Position numbers and translations under genes: made by a program
The notes under the pieces: generated by a model
Databases searched by the model: none
Told to the model about the DNA's origin: nothing
The model's input: only the letters and a program-made list of their open reading frames with translations
Shown here: positions 37,961-47,200 of the stretch, piece by piece
How the letters are laid out: every line of letters starts with the position of its first letter
Position numbering within the stretch: the stretch's first letter is position 1
Source: a virus
Length of the DNA stretch: 64,000 bases
Reading direction: 5' to 3' (one strand)
Virus record (IMG/VR): IMGVR_UViG_3300017818_000007
Location: 64,001-128,000 of that record

Positions 37961-38181
37961 AACAATGTCAATCGCCTGACCAAATTACCCAATTAATCAA
38001 ACGTTATGATGATGAGTACAGCACACTAGAAAAAGATCTAGTCGATGTATGTTGGTATATGCGTGGAAGCGTTTCCATTACAGAAGCATACAATCTTACT
38101 CCTGTACAAAGAAAATTCATATTCGAATTAATCAAGAATAACGCAGAAATGTCTAAGAAAACTGGTAATCCTATATACTAG
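37942..38181 (+). CDS. gp51-like extension in the -1 frame of gp26 (predicted programmed -1 frameshift product)
   Basis: Hand translation of the -1 frame from the T TTT TTC run (37942-37948): FFRIEVKQCQSPDQITQLIKRYDDEYSTLEKDLVDVCWYMRGSVSITEAYNLTPVQRKFIFELIKNNAEMSKKTGNPIY*. First in-frame ATG is only at 38059; this frame is closed upstream by TGA at 37912. Confidence 0.7.
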   Translation, partial: FFRIEVKQCQSPDQITQLIKRYDDEYSTLEKDLVDVCWYMRGSVSITEAYNLTPVQRKFIFELIKNNAEMSKKTGNPIY

Positions 38182-38182
38182 T

Positions 38183-38686
38183 AGATGAACTGCGTTCATC
38201 TGTGTTATCGCTATCGCTCAAACACATTTATTTCTTTTATATATGAAAGATAATTGCGAAGCAATTTAGCATCATGTAGATTGTTTCAGTCAGACGGAAC
38301 CTGTTTACGGTTCCATCTAATCTTGAACATCATGTGAGTTCGTCACAGCCAAGACTTGGAAGTAGGTTGTTTTGTTTATACACCTGTTTGTAGGGCTCTG
38401 ACCTTTCCCCTACCTACGTCGACATCACGTAAAAATCTGCTTTAACCGCTTTGCTATCGCAAACCGCTTCGCGGATTCTCCGCTACCTCCCGCTTCGTTC
38501 CGGTGCGTGGAGTTTTTTCAAACACAGTGTTTTCGACTGACAGCATTCAATCTACATCAACCAGTGAGCCCAATTCTTTTGCTGGCTTCCTCCCATGGGG
38601 GGTCGATCAATGTGTACGAGTGTCCTTTTCAAGGGTACCTTTTACTCAGCGGTATTTGCAAACTGGCCCGCCAACCTTATGTGCTG
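38183..38686 (-). ncRNA. Candidate ~500-nt structured non-coding element (RNA or ssDNA), family unassigned
   Basis: Largest intergenic gap in the window, locally GC-rich; many hairpins and a long-range duplex (38548-38557 with 38274-38283; 38535-38540 with 38286-38291); the hairpin at 38292-38318 needs a G-U pair that only forms on the minus strand. Confidence 0.65.
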
Positions 38687-39118
38687 TTATATTGCCTTTA
38701 AATTTTCTAGTGCTTCTTTTAGAATTTTTGAACCGCCAACTCTTACATTAATAATTCCGTTATAATACTCATCTGTTTCTAATACACGACGGTCAAACTG
38801 TTCTTTAGCCTCAAGATAACTCATCAAGCCTCTGCTATTACAAATATAAAGTATTTCTCTTGTGAAGTTTTCAGGTCCTAGTTTTTCTACATCAGCCTTA
38901 AGATGGTCATTTGAGCCCCAATATTCTCGCCAATCAGATTCCTTTGTGCCTCTGCGTTTATTCTTTTTGCCCTTAAGAGGTGGCTTTGTTGTTTTAAATT
39001 TTGCTAGTTTTTTGCCTACGTATTTGCGGTTGTTGGTGGTGTTTGTTATCAGATAGACAAAGCCTTCGCAATCTTGCGGAAGTTCTTTAACTATTTTGCC
39101 CTGATAAGTCCACTCCAT
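38687..39118 (-). CDS. Stand-alone GIY-YIG family endonuclease (catalytic domain only)
   Basis: 143 aa; GFVYLITNTTNNRKYVGKK (GIY-YIG variant), DWREYWGS, YLEAKEQF (Glu), YYNGII (Asn). Confidence 0.8.
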   Translation of the reverse strand: MEWTYQGKIVKELPQDCEGFVYLITNTTNNRKYVGKKLAKFKTTKPPLKGKKNKRRGTKESDWREYWGSNDHLKADVEKLGPENFTREILYICNSRGLMSYLEAKEQFDRRVLETDEYYNGIINVRVGGSKILKEALENLKAI

Positions 39119-39123
39119 GTAGA

Positions 39124-39145
39124 TACTTACCTGCGCCTGTATTTA
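39124..39145 (-). promoter_or_regulatory. Late-type promoter cores upstream of the GIY-YIG gene (TAAATA 39140-39145; TAAGTA 39124-39129, 5 nt before ATG)
   Basis: Read directly from the sequence; suggests an independent nuclease plus downstream-element transcript. Confidence 0.45.
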
Positions 39146-39370
39146 CCTGGTCTCGGATTTGACTGCCTTGTTATGCTGTTTTTCTTCTTTGAGTTCTTTT
39201 CGCCTGTCTTGTACTTCTGCTCGCCTTTGTGTGCATAGCCTTCTAATGTCGCTTAGTATAGAACGAACCTTGCGTCCGTTTTCATCAAAGCCTTTTGCTT
39301 CAAAACGCTCGTTCATATTGTAGTAGTCCATGACTGCTTGTACCAATAGTTCGTGCGTTGTTTTAGCCAT
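39143..39370 (-). CDS. Small basic helical protein, possibly Hc1 (histone H1-like) family
   Basis: 75 aa; NERFEAKGFDENGRKVRSILSDIRRLCTQRRAEVQ resembles the Hc1-like F..KG.K.A..R.RK.L..I.....R.E pattern. Confidence 0.5.
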   Translation of the reverse strand: MAKTTHELLVQAVMDYYNMNERFEAKGFDENGRKVRSILSDIRRLCTQRRAEVQDRRKELKEEKQHNKAVKSETR

Positions 39371-41144
39371 TTACAACCTCTGTGTCTGTTTCATAACTTG
39401 TGAAGCCGTTTTCTTTTATAACTTTTAATATAGTGTTAACACGAGAACTTAGTTCGTCTTTATGTGAAATCAAATAGATGTTTTTATGACGTTCACGTGC
39501 CATTTTCTTAAGAATACCAATTGAACTTTCAACACCAGCACTGTCCATACCACTATCAATAAGTTCGTCAATAAACAGCAAATTAATGCTTTGATATAGG
39601 CTTTCCCAAACATCACGGAACGCCCAACTCATTGATAAGATGAGTCTATTTCGTTCACCTCTACTGAGGTTATCAAAGTCTAAGTCACGTCCTAGTTCTG
39701 TAATTTCTACCGTTAAATCGTTTAAAAACTTAACTTGATGTGGTAAACCAGTCTTATCAAGATAGTATTTTAATCGTTGATTTAACACAGTAAGGTTTTG
39801 ATCAATAATACGTTTACGTATAAATGAATCTTTACTTGTAAGCAACTTGTACAAGAAATCCATATGTGCTTTCATGTTTTGTAGATCATTCATGTGATCC
39901 CAACTGACTTCTTTTATTGCTGTATTTGTTAGTTCATCCATTTGTTCTGTGTATGGATTAACTTCTGTATCTTTTTCTTTTTTACGTTCTTCTAGTGTTG
40001 TGAGATTGTTTCTATGATTATATGCTTCTTCTGCACTGTCATAAAACGTTTTAGGCTTACTGCTAAGTTCGCCAATATCCGTAATCTTTTTAACAACATC
40101 ATCTAGTTGTAGTTGTACACCATCAAGATACTGTTTGCTTTCTTTTACATCGTTTTCTTTTTCTGCAAGTAAATCTGCATGAGTATCGTCGTGTAAATCT
40201 TGTCCGCAAGTAAAACATTTTTTACTGCCAATATCTTCTAGTTCTTTTTGATATTTTTTAGTTTCACGTTCAGCACGTAAGATACTTGCTTCTAAACTTG
40301 CTTTTTCTTTTTGAAGATTAGTAAGTTCAGTGTTTTTAGTATCCCACTCTGCTAAATCGTTGTGTGCTTGAATTTCAGCCTCAATATCAACTTGAACTAG
40401 TTGCATAATTGCTTTACTCAAACGAGAAATTTCTTCTGCCTGAGAAGCGTCCCAAGCCTTGCTTTTTAATTCAAGGGCATTAATAGATTCTTGTACAGCC
40501 TTGTTAGCACTTTCAATTCCTTTAATACGAGCATCTTCTTCAGTAATACTATCACGGACTTCTTTTTGTTGCTCCTTGAGGTTTTCTGCTTTCTCTGACA
40601 GAATGGTGATACCTAACAACTGTTCAATAATTTCGCGTTGTGCGTTATTACTGAGAGATAGGAAAGGCTCTGTATATGTGTTAAGTGCCACCAAGTGTTT
40701 GAACATACCGTGACTCATGTCCAAAAGACGTTCTATTTCTTGCTGTGTTTTGCGTGAATCGCCTTGCGACTCGTCAATATCATCAGCAGTTGCATCAACA
40801 TCTTCAACGTAAAACTTTAATACATTCTTTTTACGTCCACGTTCAATTCTATATGTTTTACCACCTTTTTCAAACTCAACTGTGACAAGCATATCCTTGC
40901 CGTTAGTTTTGTTAATAAGGTTTTCTTTTCTAATTTTTGTTAATGCTTCGCCATACAATGCATAACTTAACGCATTAATAATTGTTGTTTTACCTGTACC
41001 GTTTCTAGAACCTGCGTCATCGCCGCCTAGGTCCATATTTTCACCTAGCACAAGGGTTAGTAAATTTTTATCAAAATCTACTGCTTGTGTAGCATTACCT
41101 ACACTCATAAAGTTTTTAACTGTAAGTGTTTTAATTTTAAACAT
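39363..41144 (-). CDS. gp46: Recombination endonuclease ATPase subunit, gp46/SbcC/Rad50-like
   Basis: Walker A RNGTGKTT, coiled coil with zinc hook CFTCG, signature LSRGE, Walker B LFIDELIDSGMD. Confidence 0.95.
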   Translation of the reverse strand: MFKIKTLTVKNFMSVGNATQAVDFDKNLLTLVLGENMDLGGDDAGSRNGTGKTTIINALSYALYGEALTKIRKENLINKTNGKDMLVTVEFEKGGKTYRIERGRKKNVLKFYVEDVDATADDIDESQGDSRKTQQEIERLLDMSHGMFKHLVALNTYTEPFLSLSNNAQREIIEQLLGITILSEKAENLKEQQKEVRDSITEEDARIKGIESANKAVQESINALELKSKAWDASQAEEISRLSKAIMQLVQVDIEAEIQAHNDLAEWDTKNTELTNLQKEKASLEASILRAERETKKYQKELEDIGSKKCFTCGQDLHDDTHADLLAEKENDVKESKQYLDGVQLQLDDVVKKITDIGELSSKPKTFYDSAEEAYNHRNNLTTLEERKKEKDTEVNPYTEQMDELTNTAIKEVSWDHMNDLQNMKAHMDFLYKLLTSKDSFIRKRIIDQNLTVLNQRLKYYLDKTGLPHQVKFLNDLTVEITELGRDLDFDNLSRGERNRLILSMSWAFRDVWESLYQSINLLFIDELIDSGMDSAGVESSIGILKKMARERHKNIYLISHKDELSSRVNTILKVIKENGFTSYETDTEVVNG

Positions 41145-42169
41145 TATAAGTTCCTATAGATATCTAAAAGTGTACTAGGTCGATACTGCTCACTTTGAAT
41201 TTTTGTTATTTGGTCAGTCACGATTTGATCAACACTTTCAAACTCTATTTCACCACGTTCAAGTGTTAGTGCTTCGTCATTTTCTTCTGTATTTGGAAGT
41301 AAACTTATTTCTCTAATGTCGTATTGTTTGGTAAAGTTTTCTTTAATAAAGTTTGCTTCTTCATACGAAATATCGATATCAAGTACAACACGCAAATATA
41401 AGTTTGAAGGTTTAAGTATTGATTCAGTTTCGTTTAGTAGTTGACTTAATTTAACTGTACGATACTTAGGACATTCTGGCCAATCAATAAACTGAGGTTG
41501 ACCGTCCCATTCCAAAATCATCATACCACGTTCGTCATCCCAAGCATCGGCGTAATTGTGTGGAAAGGCATTGCCAATGTAGTAGATGTTATTGTTATGC
41601 TGACGCTTATGGAAGTGTCCTGTAAAAACTAGTTCTTGATTTTGAAAATCACTTGCTCTTACTTCTCCTGTGTCAGGCATTTCAACCATAGCATTCATTT
41701 TGAAATGAGGCAGTTCAAAGTGTCCAAACATATATTTGCACTTCATTTTTACTATGTTTTTCCATTCGTCGCCAACCATCCAAGGCACTAATCCTACATC
41801 TTTAATAATAGTAGGTTCGTTAATAACCTTAACACCAGGAACGTGCTTACCAAATACTACAGAATGAACATCTCGCTTATCTTTATAGTATAAATCGTGG
41901 TTGCCTGGAAAAAAGTAAAACTCTTTAAATGCTTTACCAAGTTTTTCAAGTGAACGTAAACTTGCATCCATTGTGGTTAAATTTAACGCACTTCTGTTGT
42001 GATGCCAGTCACCTGTAAAAATTCCAACGTCACAGTTGTTTTCTTTGGCTTGTTCAATAAACCAATCTACAAATTTTTCACAGTCACTATTGTGTATTCG
42101 GCTGTTTGATTTAAGTCCAAAATGAATGTCCGTAAATACAGCCGCTTTTTTAAATAATTGCTCTGTCAT
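41144..42169 (-). CDS. gp47: Recombination endonuclease nuclease subunit, gp47/SbcD/Mre11-like
   Basis: Metallophosphoesterase motifs DIHFG, GDWHH, GNHD, GHFE, GHFH. Confidence 0.95.
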   Translation of the reverse strand: MTEQLFKKAAVFTDIHFGLKSNSRIHNSDCEKFVDWFIEQAKENNCDVGIFTGDWHHNRSALNLTTMDASLRSLEKLGKAFKEFYFFPGNHDLYYKDKRDVHSVVFGKHVPGVKVINEPTIIKDVGLVPWMVGDEWKNIVKMKCKYMFGHFELPHFKMNAMVEMPDTGEVRASDFQNQELVFTGHFHKRQHNNNIYYIGNAFPHNYADAWDDERGMMILEWDGQPQFIDWPECPKYRTVKLSQLLNETESILKPSNLYLRVVLDIDISYEEANFIKENFTKQYDIREISLLPNTEENDEALTLERGEIEFESVDQIVTDQITKIQSEQYRPSTLLDIYRNL

Positions 42170-42194
42170 GCCTTTCCTTAATACTAATCTACAT

Positions 42195-42224
42195 ATTATA
42201 CGAGAATTAGTAGTAGTTTGTCAA
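42195..42224 (-). promoter_or_regulatory. Host sigma70-type early promoter for gp47-gp46
   Basis: Perfect TTGACA (42219-42224), 18-nt spacer, perfect TATAAT (42195-42200). Confidence 0.8.
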
Positions 42225-42226
42225 CC

Positions 42227-43078
42227 TTAATAGTCCGCTTTTGGACGTCTCATATTTTTATAGAACTCTGCTAATTTTTCTTTATCTTCTTTGAACACTT
42301 CTTGATTCTGTCTTGTAAACGATGGATTAAGTCCGTTTTCTTGCAAGATGTCATCACGAATGTTTTGATTCTTTTTCTCAATGTTTAGTACTCTTGTAAA
42401 TGAATTAGTCACTGCCGCAGTGTAATAAGCAAACGGATTTAAACTTTTGCTTTCGTCAAACTGTAAACCAATTTGTGAAAGTTGTAGTACCGCTTGTGCT
42501 CTCATCTCGTCATTATAAGTGTATCCACGCCAATTGCTTCGTGTACCATACCGATCAGCAAGTTTAAGGAACATACGTCCTAGATCTTCAGTCATACGTC
42601 CGTGATCCTTACTAAAGTGTCCGTTTAACATTCCACCCTGCCAATGGCTTTTACCTACACAAATCAAGTTATCGTTTTCGTCATACTTCCAATGCTGGAA
42701 TGGTGGAAAGTTAACTTTAGTGTGTTCGTCTGCAATAGTTTTTGTTTTGCGTTTACGTCCTGGTTCTTCAGGAATATGATCAAATGTCATAATTCTAAAG
42801 ATTAATTCTGTTTTTTCAATTTTTTTCCAATCAGGCAAACATTCTGCTTGTTTTACCTTTTTCTTTTGTTCTTTTGCTAGTTCATATGCCGCTTTACCAA
42901 TTCTGTCTGCACGATTGCGTTTTGCTTGTGCAACAGTTAGTCTATTAACTTTGTCTAAACTAGGCAAAATAATGTCGTGTTGTGCATATTCATCTTCAAC
43001 AAACGAACAGAAGGAAACCTTGCTTCTATGGATCTCTGCTAGTAGATCTTTGTTAGTTAGATATTTCGTTCTTTTCAT
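42227..43078 (-). CDS. gp55: Late-transcription sigma factor, T4 gp55-like
   Basis: YLTNKDLLAEI N-terminus; WRGYTYNDEM; QFDESKSLNPFAYYT..NSFTRVLNIEKKNQ. Confidence 0.8.
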   Translation of the reverse strand: MKRTKYLTNKDLLAEIHRSKVSFCSFVEDEYAQHDIILPSLDKVNRLTVAQAKRNRADRIGKAAYELAKEQKKKVKQAECLPDWKKIEKTELIFRIMTFDHIPEEPGRKRKTKTIADEHTKVNFPPFQHWKYDENDNLICVGKSHWQGGMLNGHFSKDHGRMTEDLGRMFLKLADRYGTRSNWRGYTYNDEMRAQAVLQLSQIGLQFDESKSLNPFAYYTAAVTNSFTRVLNIEKKNQNIRDDILQENGLNPSFTRQNQEVFKEDKEKLAEFYKNMRRPKADY

Positions 43079-43107
43079 TAGATTCTCCGATTAATATAAG
43101 TATTATA

Positions 43108-43136
43108 AACTACGTAGTTAAAAAAAGCAATAAATA
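43108..43136 (+). promoter_or_regulatory. Palindrome AACTACGTAGTT plus late core TAAATA heading the baseplate operon
   Basis: 12-bp perfect palindrome at 43108-43119; TAAATA at 43131-43136. Confidence 0.55.
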
Positions 43137-43163
43137 TTATAAAGAAAAGGAACCAAAATAGAT

Positions 43164-43967
43164 ATGGCTGGAAGTACTAACGCAAATAGTTTTGTAGACA
43201 AGATCGGAAGTTTCGGTAGCAAGTTTGTAAAAAATGCCGCCCAAGCAACCGGTATTGGCCAAAACCCTGGAGCAGTAAAAGGTTTAACTGCATTAATTGG
43301 TGATGGCGCCGCAAAGCGGTTAGGGTTTGATTTAGCAAAAGGAGGCAATGCTCCGTACGCTGAAATTCCGTCTACACATTTAGCAACTATTGATAATAGA
43401 GTCAAAATAAAAATTCACGAACCATACTTAAAAGGTCCTGCTGAGAAACTTGTAAGTTTAGGTGGAGTAGTATTTCCATACACGCCACAAATTGTTGTCA
43501 CAACAAGAGCAAATTACAGTCCTATTCATCCTACACATAGTAATTATCAGTTCCAAGCATACCAGAACTCAAGTTTGGATTCTATTTCTGTTGTAGGAAC
43601 ATTTACAGCACAAAACACGGGAGAAGCAGAAATGCTATTAGGTAGCATTCATGCATTACGCACAGTGACCAAAATGCACTTTGGCGGCGGCTCTTATGTT
43701 GGCGCACCACCACCAGTTGTAAGACTTTCTGGTTATGGCGAATATATGTTTAACGATATGCCTGTTGTAATAGGAAACTTTTTCTATACATTAAACGAAG
43801 ATGTTGATTACATTGATGTAATGACAACAAGCGGAGCAAAAACAACTGTGCCAACTAGAGCAGAGTTTACAGTTGAATGTTTACCTGCATTCTCAAGAAG
43901 AGATCAAGCAAGTTTCAGTTTAGATGCTTATGCAAAAGGTGACATGAGATTTAAAGGAATGATATAA
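43164..43967 (+). CDS. Baseplate tail-tube cap/initiator-like protein (gp48/gp54-like)
   Basis: 267 aa; GVVFPYTPQI, APPPVVRLSGYGEYMFNDMPVVI; first gene of the baseplate operon. Confidence 0.6.
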   Translation: MAGSTNANSFVDKIGSFGSKFVKNAAQATGIGQNPGAVKGLTALIGDGAAKRLGFDLAKGGNAPYAEIPSTHLATIDNRVKIKIHEPYLKGPAEKLVSLGGVVFPYTPQIVVTTRANYSPIHPTHSNYQFQAYQNSSLDSISVVGTFTAQNTGEAEMLLGSIHALRTVTKMHFGGGSYVGAPPPVVRLSGYGEYMFNDMPVVIGNFFYTLNEDVDYIDVMTTSGAKTTVPTRAEFTVECLPAFSRRDQASFSLDAYAKGDMRFKGMI

Positions 43968-44260
43968 TGTATAACGCTTCTAGTCTTTATGGTACAACAC
44001 AAATAACAGAAAATGGTTTAGGTTTTTTAGACTATAGAAAAATTCCTGAAGTTGTAAGCGATATAAAATATATTATTAAACCGCAGTATAATTATCGTCC
44101 TGATTTGTTAGCCAGCGATTTGTATGATGATCCTAACCTATGGTGGGTGTTCAAATCAAGGAACCCTAATGTTTTAGAAGATCCTATCTTTGATTTTGTT
44201 GCTGGAGTAGAAATACAAATTCCAAATATTAGCACGATTAAAACTGTCCTAGGAGTTTAA
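43967..44260 (+). CDS. gp53: Baseplate wedge protein, gp53/LysM-like
   Basis: 97 aa; YNYRPDLLASDLYDDPNLWWVF..N...DPIFDF..G..I.IP. Confidence 0.75.
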   Translation: MYNASSLYGTTQITENGLGFLDYRKIPEVVSDIKYIIKPQYNYRPDLLASDLYDDPNLWWVFKSRNPNVLEDPIFDFVAGVEIQIPNISTIKTVLGV

Positions 44261-44262
44261 TT

Positions 44263-47200
44263 ATGGCAGGATTTATTGACGAGGTTGGCAGAAATCATAA
44301 CCCCGGTGGAGGCACGGTTAAAGAAAACACCGATGCTGTTTCTAATGGAAAAACTAATCCTAATGCAGTCAGCGGTATGGAAGACGAATATGAAGAGGAT
44401 TTTTTTGGTGAAGACCAAGCGTTCATTAATGAAATTGAAGCCGAGTGGAGAAACGACGATCGCTTAGAATCATTTTATAACGGCAAAAACCCTAACATTT
44501 TACACGACTATAATTCTTACAACTATATTTTTACCCTTGCAAGTTTAACAATGGCGGATCTAAAAGATCCAACAAAGTATAAAAACAATAGTGGCGGCAT
44601 TGAATCACAAAACAGTTATATTGTTTTAAGATCAGGAGGGTTTGAAAGATTAAATGGAATTAGTTCTGCTAATTTTTATAAGAATGTTTACGGTGAAGAT
44701 TCGTTATCGGACTTTGGCGGACCTTCAGCAATGGTTAGCCGAAAAACCCAAGAAGCGGCGGCTGGCAGTGGCACTGCTGGATTCAAAGGATTTAAAGAAG
44801 GAGGCGCCAGAAATAAAGACCTTTTTATCGATAATGTTAATATGAACTGCACAATGGACCTAGGCGCAAATGGTAGCGGAAACCTAACAACAGGAAGTTT
44901 TGAAATTACAGAACCATACAGTGTTGGAGGTTTTTATGAGGAGTTATACAATGCATCAAGATTTGCCGGCCATGAACATTATTTAGGTGCACCATTCCTT
45001 TTAACACTTTCTTTTGTAGGACACAGGTTTGAAGAGGGCGATTTAATTACAGAAGTTATTCCTCGTGCAACAAGATATTTTCCTATTTTAATAACAACTA
45101 GTTCTATGAACGTCACCGAAGCAGGCTCAAAATATAAAGTAGAGTTTACGGCGATAAACGCTCATGCAAATAAAACTATTGTAAACAAATTACCAGCAAA
45201 CATAGTTGGCCCAAAACAATCTAAGCCAACAGTTGCAAGTGTACTGTTAACGCTGTTTAAAGGTATTAATGCTAATCTTCAATTACAAGCCGAAGTCGAA
45301 GCCGATGCAGAAGATAAAGATGCAAAGGTTAAAGAAAATACTGCGGCAAGTTCAGCAAAGATAGAATCAGTAAAAACACAAGGTGGCGAGGTTGCACCGT
45401 TCCAGCATGATAGATATATGATTTGGTTTCCAGAAAAATATGGAACAGGATCTAAAGGAAAGTCAGCACCAACTGCTTTTGACTCAATGTTGGCTGGCAA
45501 ATCCGGTGATGCATATGACTCTTGGAAAACTAATACAGACCAATTTTTAACTAAAGAAGGTCCTGCATCAGACCCACTTAATCAAAAGGATTTTGCAGTA
45601 GCAAACGATTCTTTAATTGTTAAAAATCCTATTGGTGGCTCAAAAATGGTTGCTGGAGAGAAACAAACATTTACTGGGTTTTATGCTGTAAATGATCTTG
45701 ATAAACAACTTGAAGCGGCAGAAGAAGATCGCAAAGCCGCAGAAGAAAAATTAAAAAAAGCAAAATCAGATTTTTTCAACGCTACTAAAAAGGCAGACGG
45801 AGAAAGATTAAAGTTTGAAAAACTTGCCGAAAAGTTTTTTAAATTAAGTCAAGCAGATTTAAAAGCACTATTTCCTGAAGAAGGAGAAGGAGAAGGAACT
45901 CCACAACTTAAACAAACATTAACGTATCAAGACTTTAATGAAATTGATCCCGATGATGCAGATGGGTCGGGGAACGTAAAAGTTGATCCTAATGTTGACC
46001 AATCAAAGATAGATAAACTAAATGAACTTAGACAAAACTGGATGGATGCTGTTGCTAAACAAAACACGGCGCAGGTTGCATTAAAACTAGCAGAAGAAGG
46101 AATTGAAAATGCCGGCAAAGCCAAAGAAACTGTTTATAATACAGAATATATTAGATATGGATCTGATGCTAGAAGTTGGAACTTTAAAAAAGATACTCGA
46201 GTAGATGACAACATTCATAAGGTTATTTTTGATAGCGTTTATGCTACCGAACTTGACGGAGCCGAAGGAGCATTAACAACAGAGTATCAAAAAACAGGAT
46301 ACATTCCGTGGTATAGAATTGAAAAGATAGCACACATTAGAGGCTTTGACACATATAGAAATACAGAAGTGTGGGATTATCACTATATTATTCAACCATT
46401 TAAAGTGCATTACAGTAGTATGCCTTTACCTCAAGATGTGTTTAACTATGATGTTTTAAAACAGTTAGCGGTTAGAGAATACAATTATATCTATACAGGA
46501 AAAAATTTAGATGTATTAAACTTTGATTTAGATTTTAATAACTTGTATCATGCAACAGCATTATATAGAAAACAACAGACTGCTGAAGGATCTCAAGGTA
46601 CAGCATCAGGAGAAAAGACTGATGTTAAACCACCAGAAATTTCTCAAATTTTAAATTATTCAAAGCAAAATCGTGTTGGAGCAAAAAGAACAGCACCGGT
46701 CAATCAAGGATCGTCAACTACACAAACTGCACCAACAGCAAACAACGCAAGTGATACAGCAAAATTTTTACACGATGCAATTTATAGTGGTGTGCATGAA
46801 AAGGGATTAATCTCAGCAGACATAACCATTGTGGGTGATCCTGTTTATCTATTAAGTAGTGGAATTACTAACAGAGCGGCAATTGAAGCGACTGAGTCAG
46901 AAACCGACATTGGTGAAATAAACTGTTTTAGTAGAGAAGGTGATGTTATTTTTAGATTTGGTACAGCAGAAGATAATCCAACTTGGGATGAAATACAAGG
47001 CGGCGAAAGCACTATGTTTTTAGACGAAAGTGTTTATAGTGGAGCATATAAAGTTATTCAAGTTGATAGTACCTTTTCCGGTGGACAATTTACACAACGA
47101 CTTTCAACATACAGAAGACCCAATCAAGCAACTGACTATGCAGAAAAACGAGAGGCAAGACCGGTTGTCACTGCACCAAAAGTAGATCCAAAACACGCAC

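Noticed and set aside
38183-38686. Group I/II intron, RNase P or tmRNA identity for the structured element
   Set aside because: No group I P7/R-S motifs, no group II domain V and no interrupted host gene. GAGGAAG...GGGCUC loosely recalls RNase P but the 3' P4 partner is not evident, and no tmRNA tag or tRNA-like ends were seen.
38503-38751. Plus-strand ORFs 38503..38751 and 38507..38701
   Set aside because: They lie antisense to the structured element and the nuclease end, have no RBS and show atypical composition; better explained as chance ORFs in GC-richer non-coding DNA.
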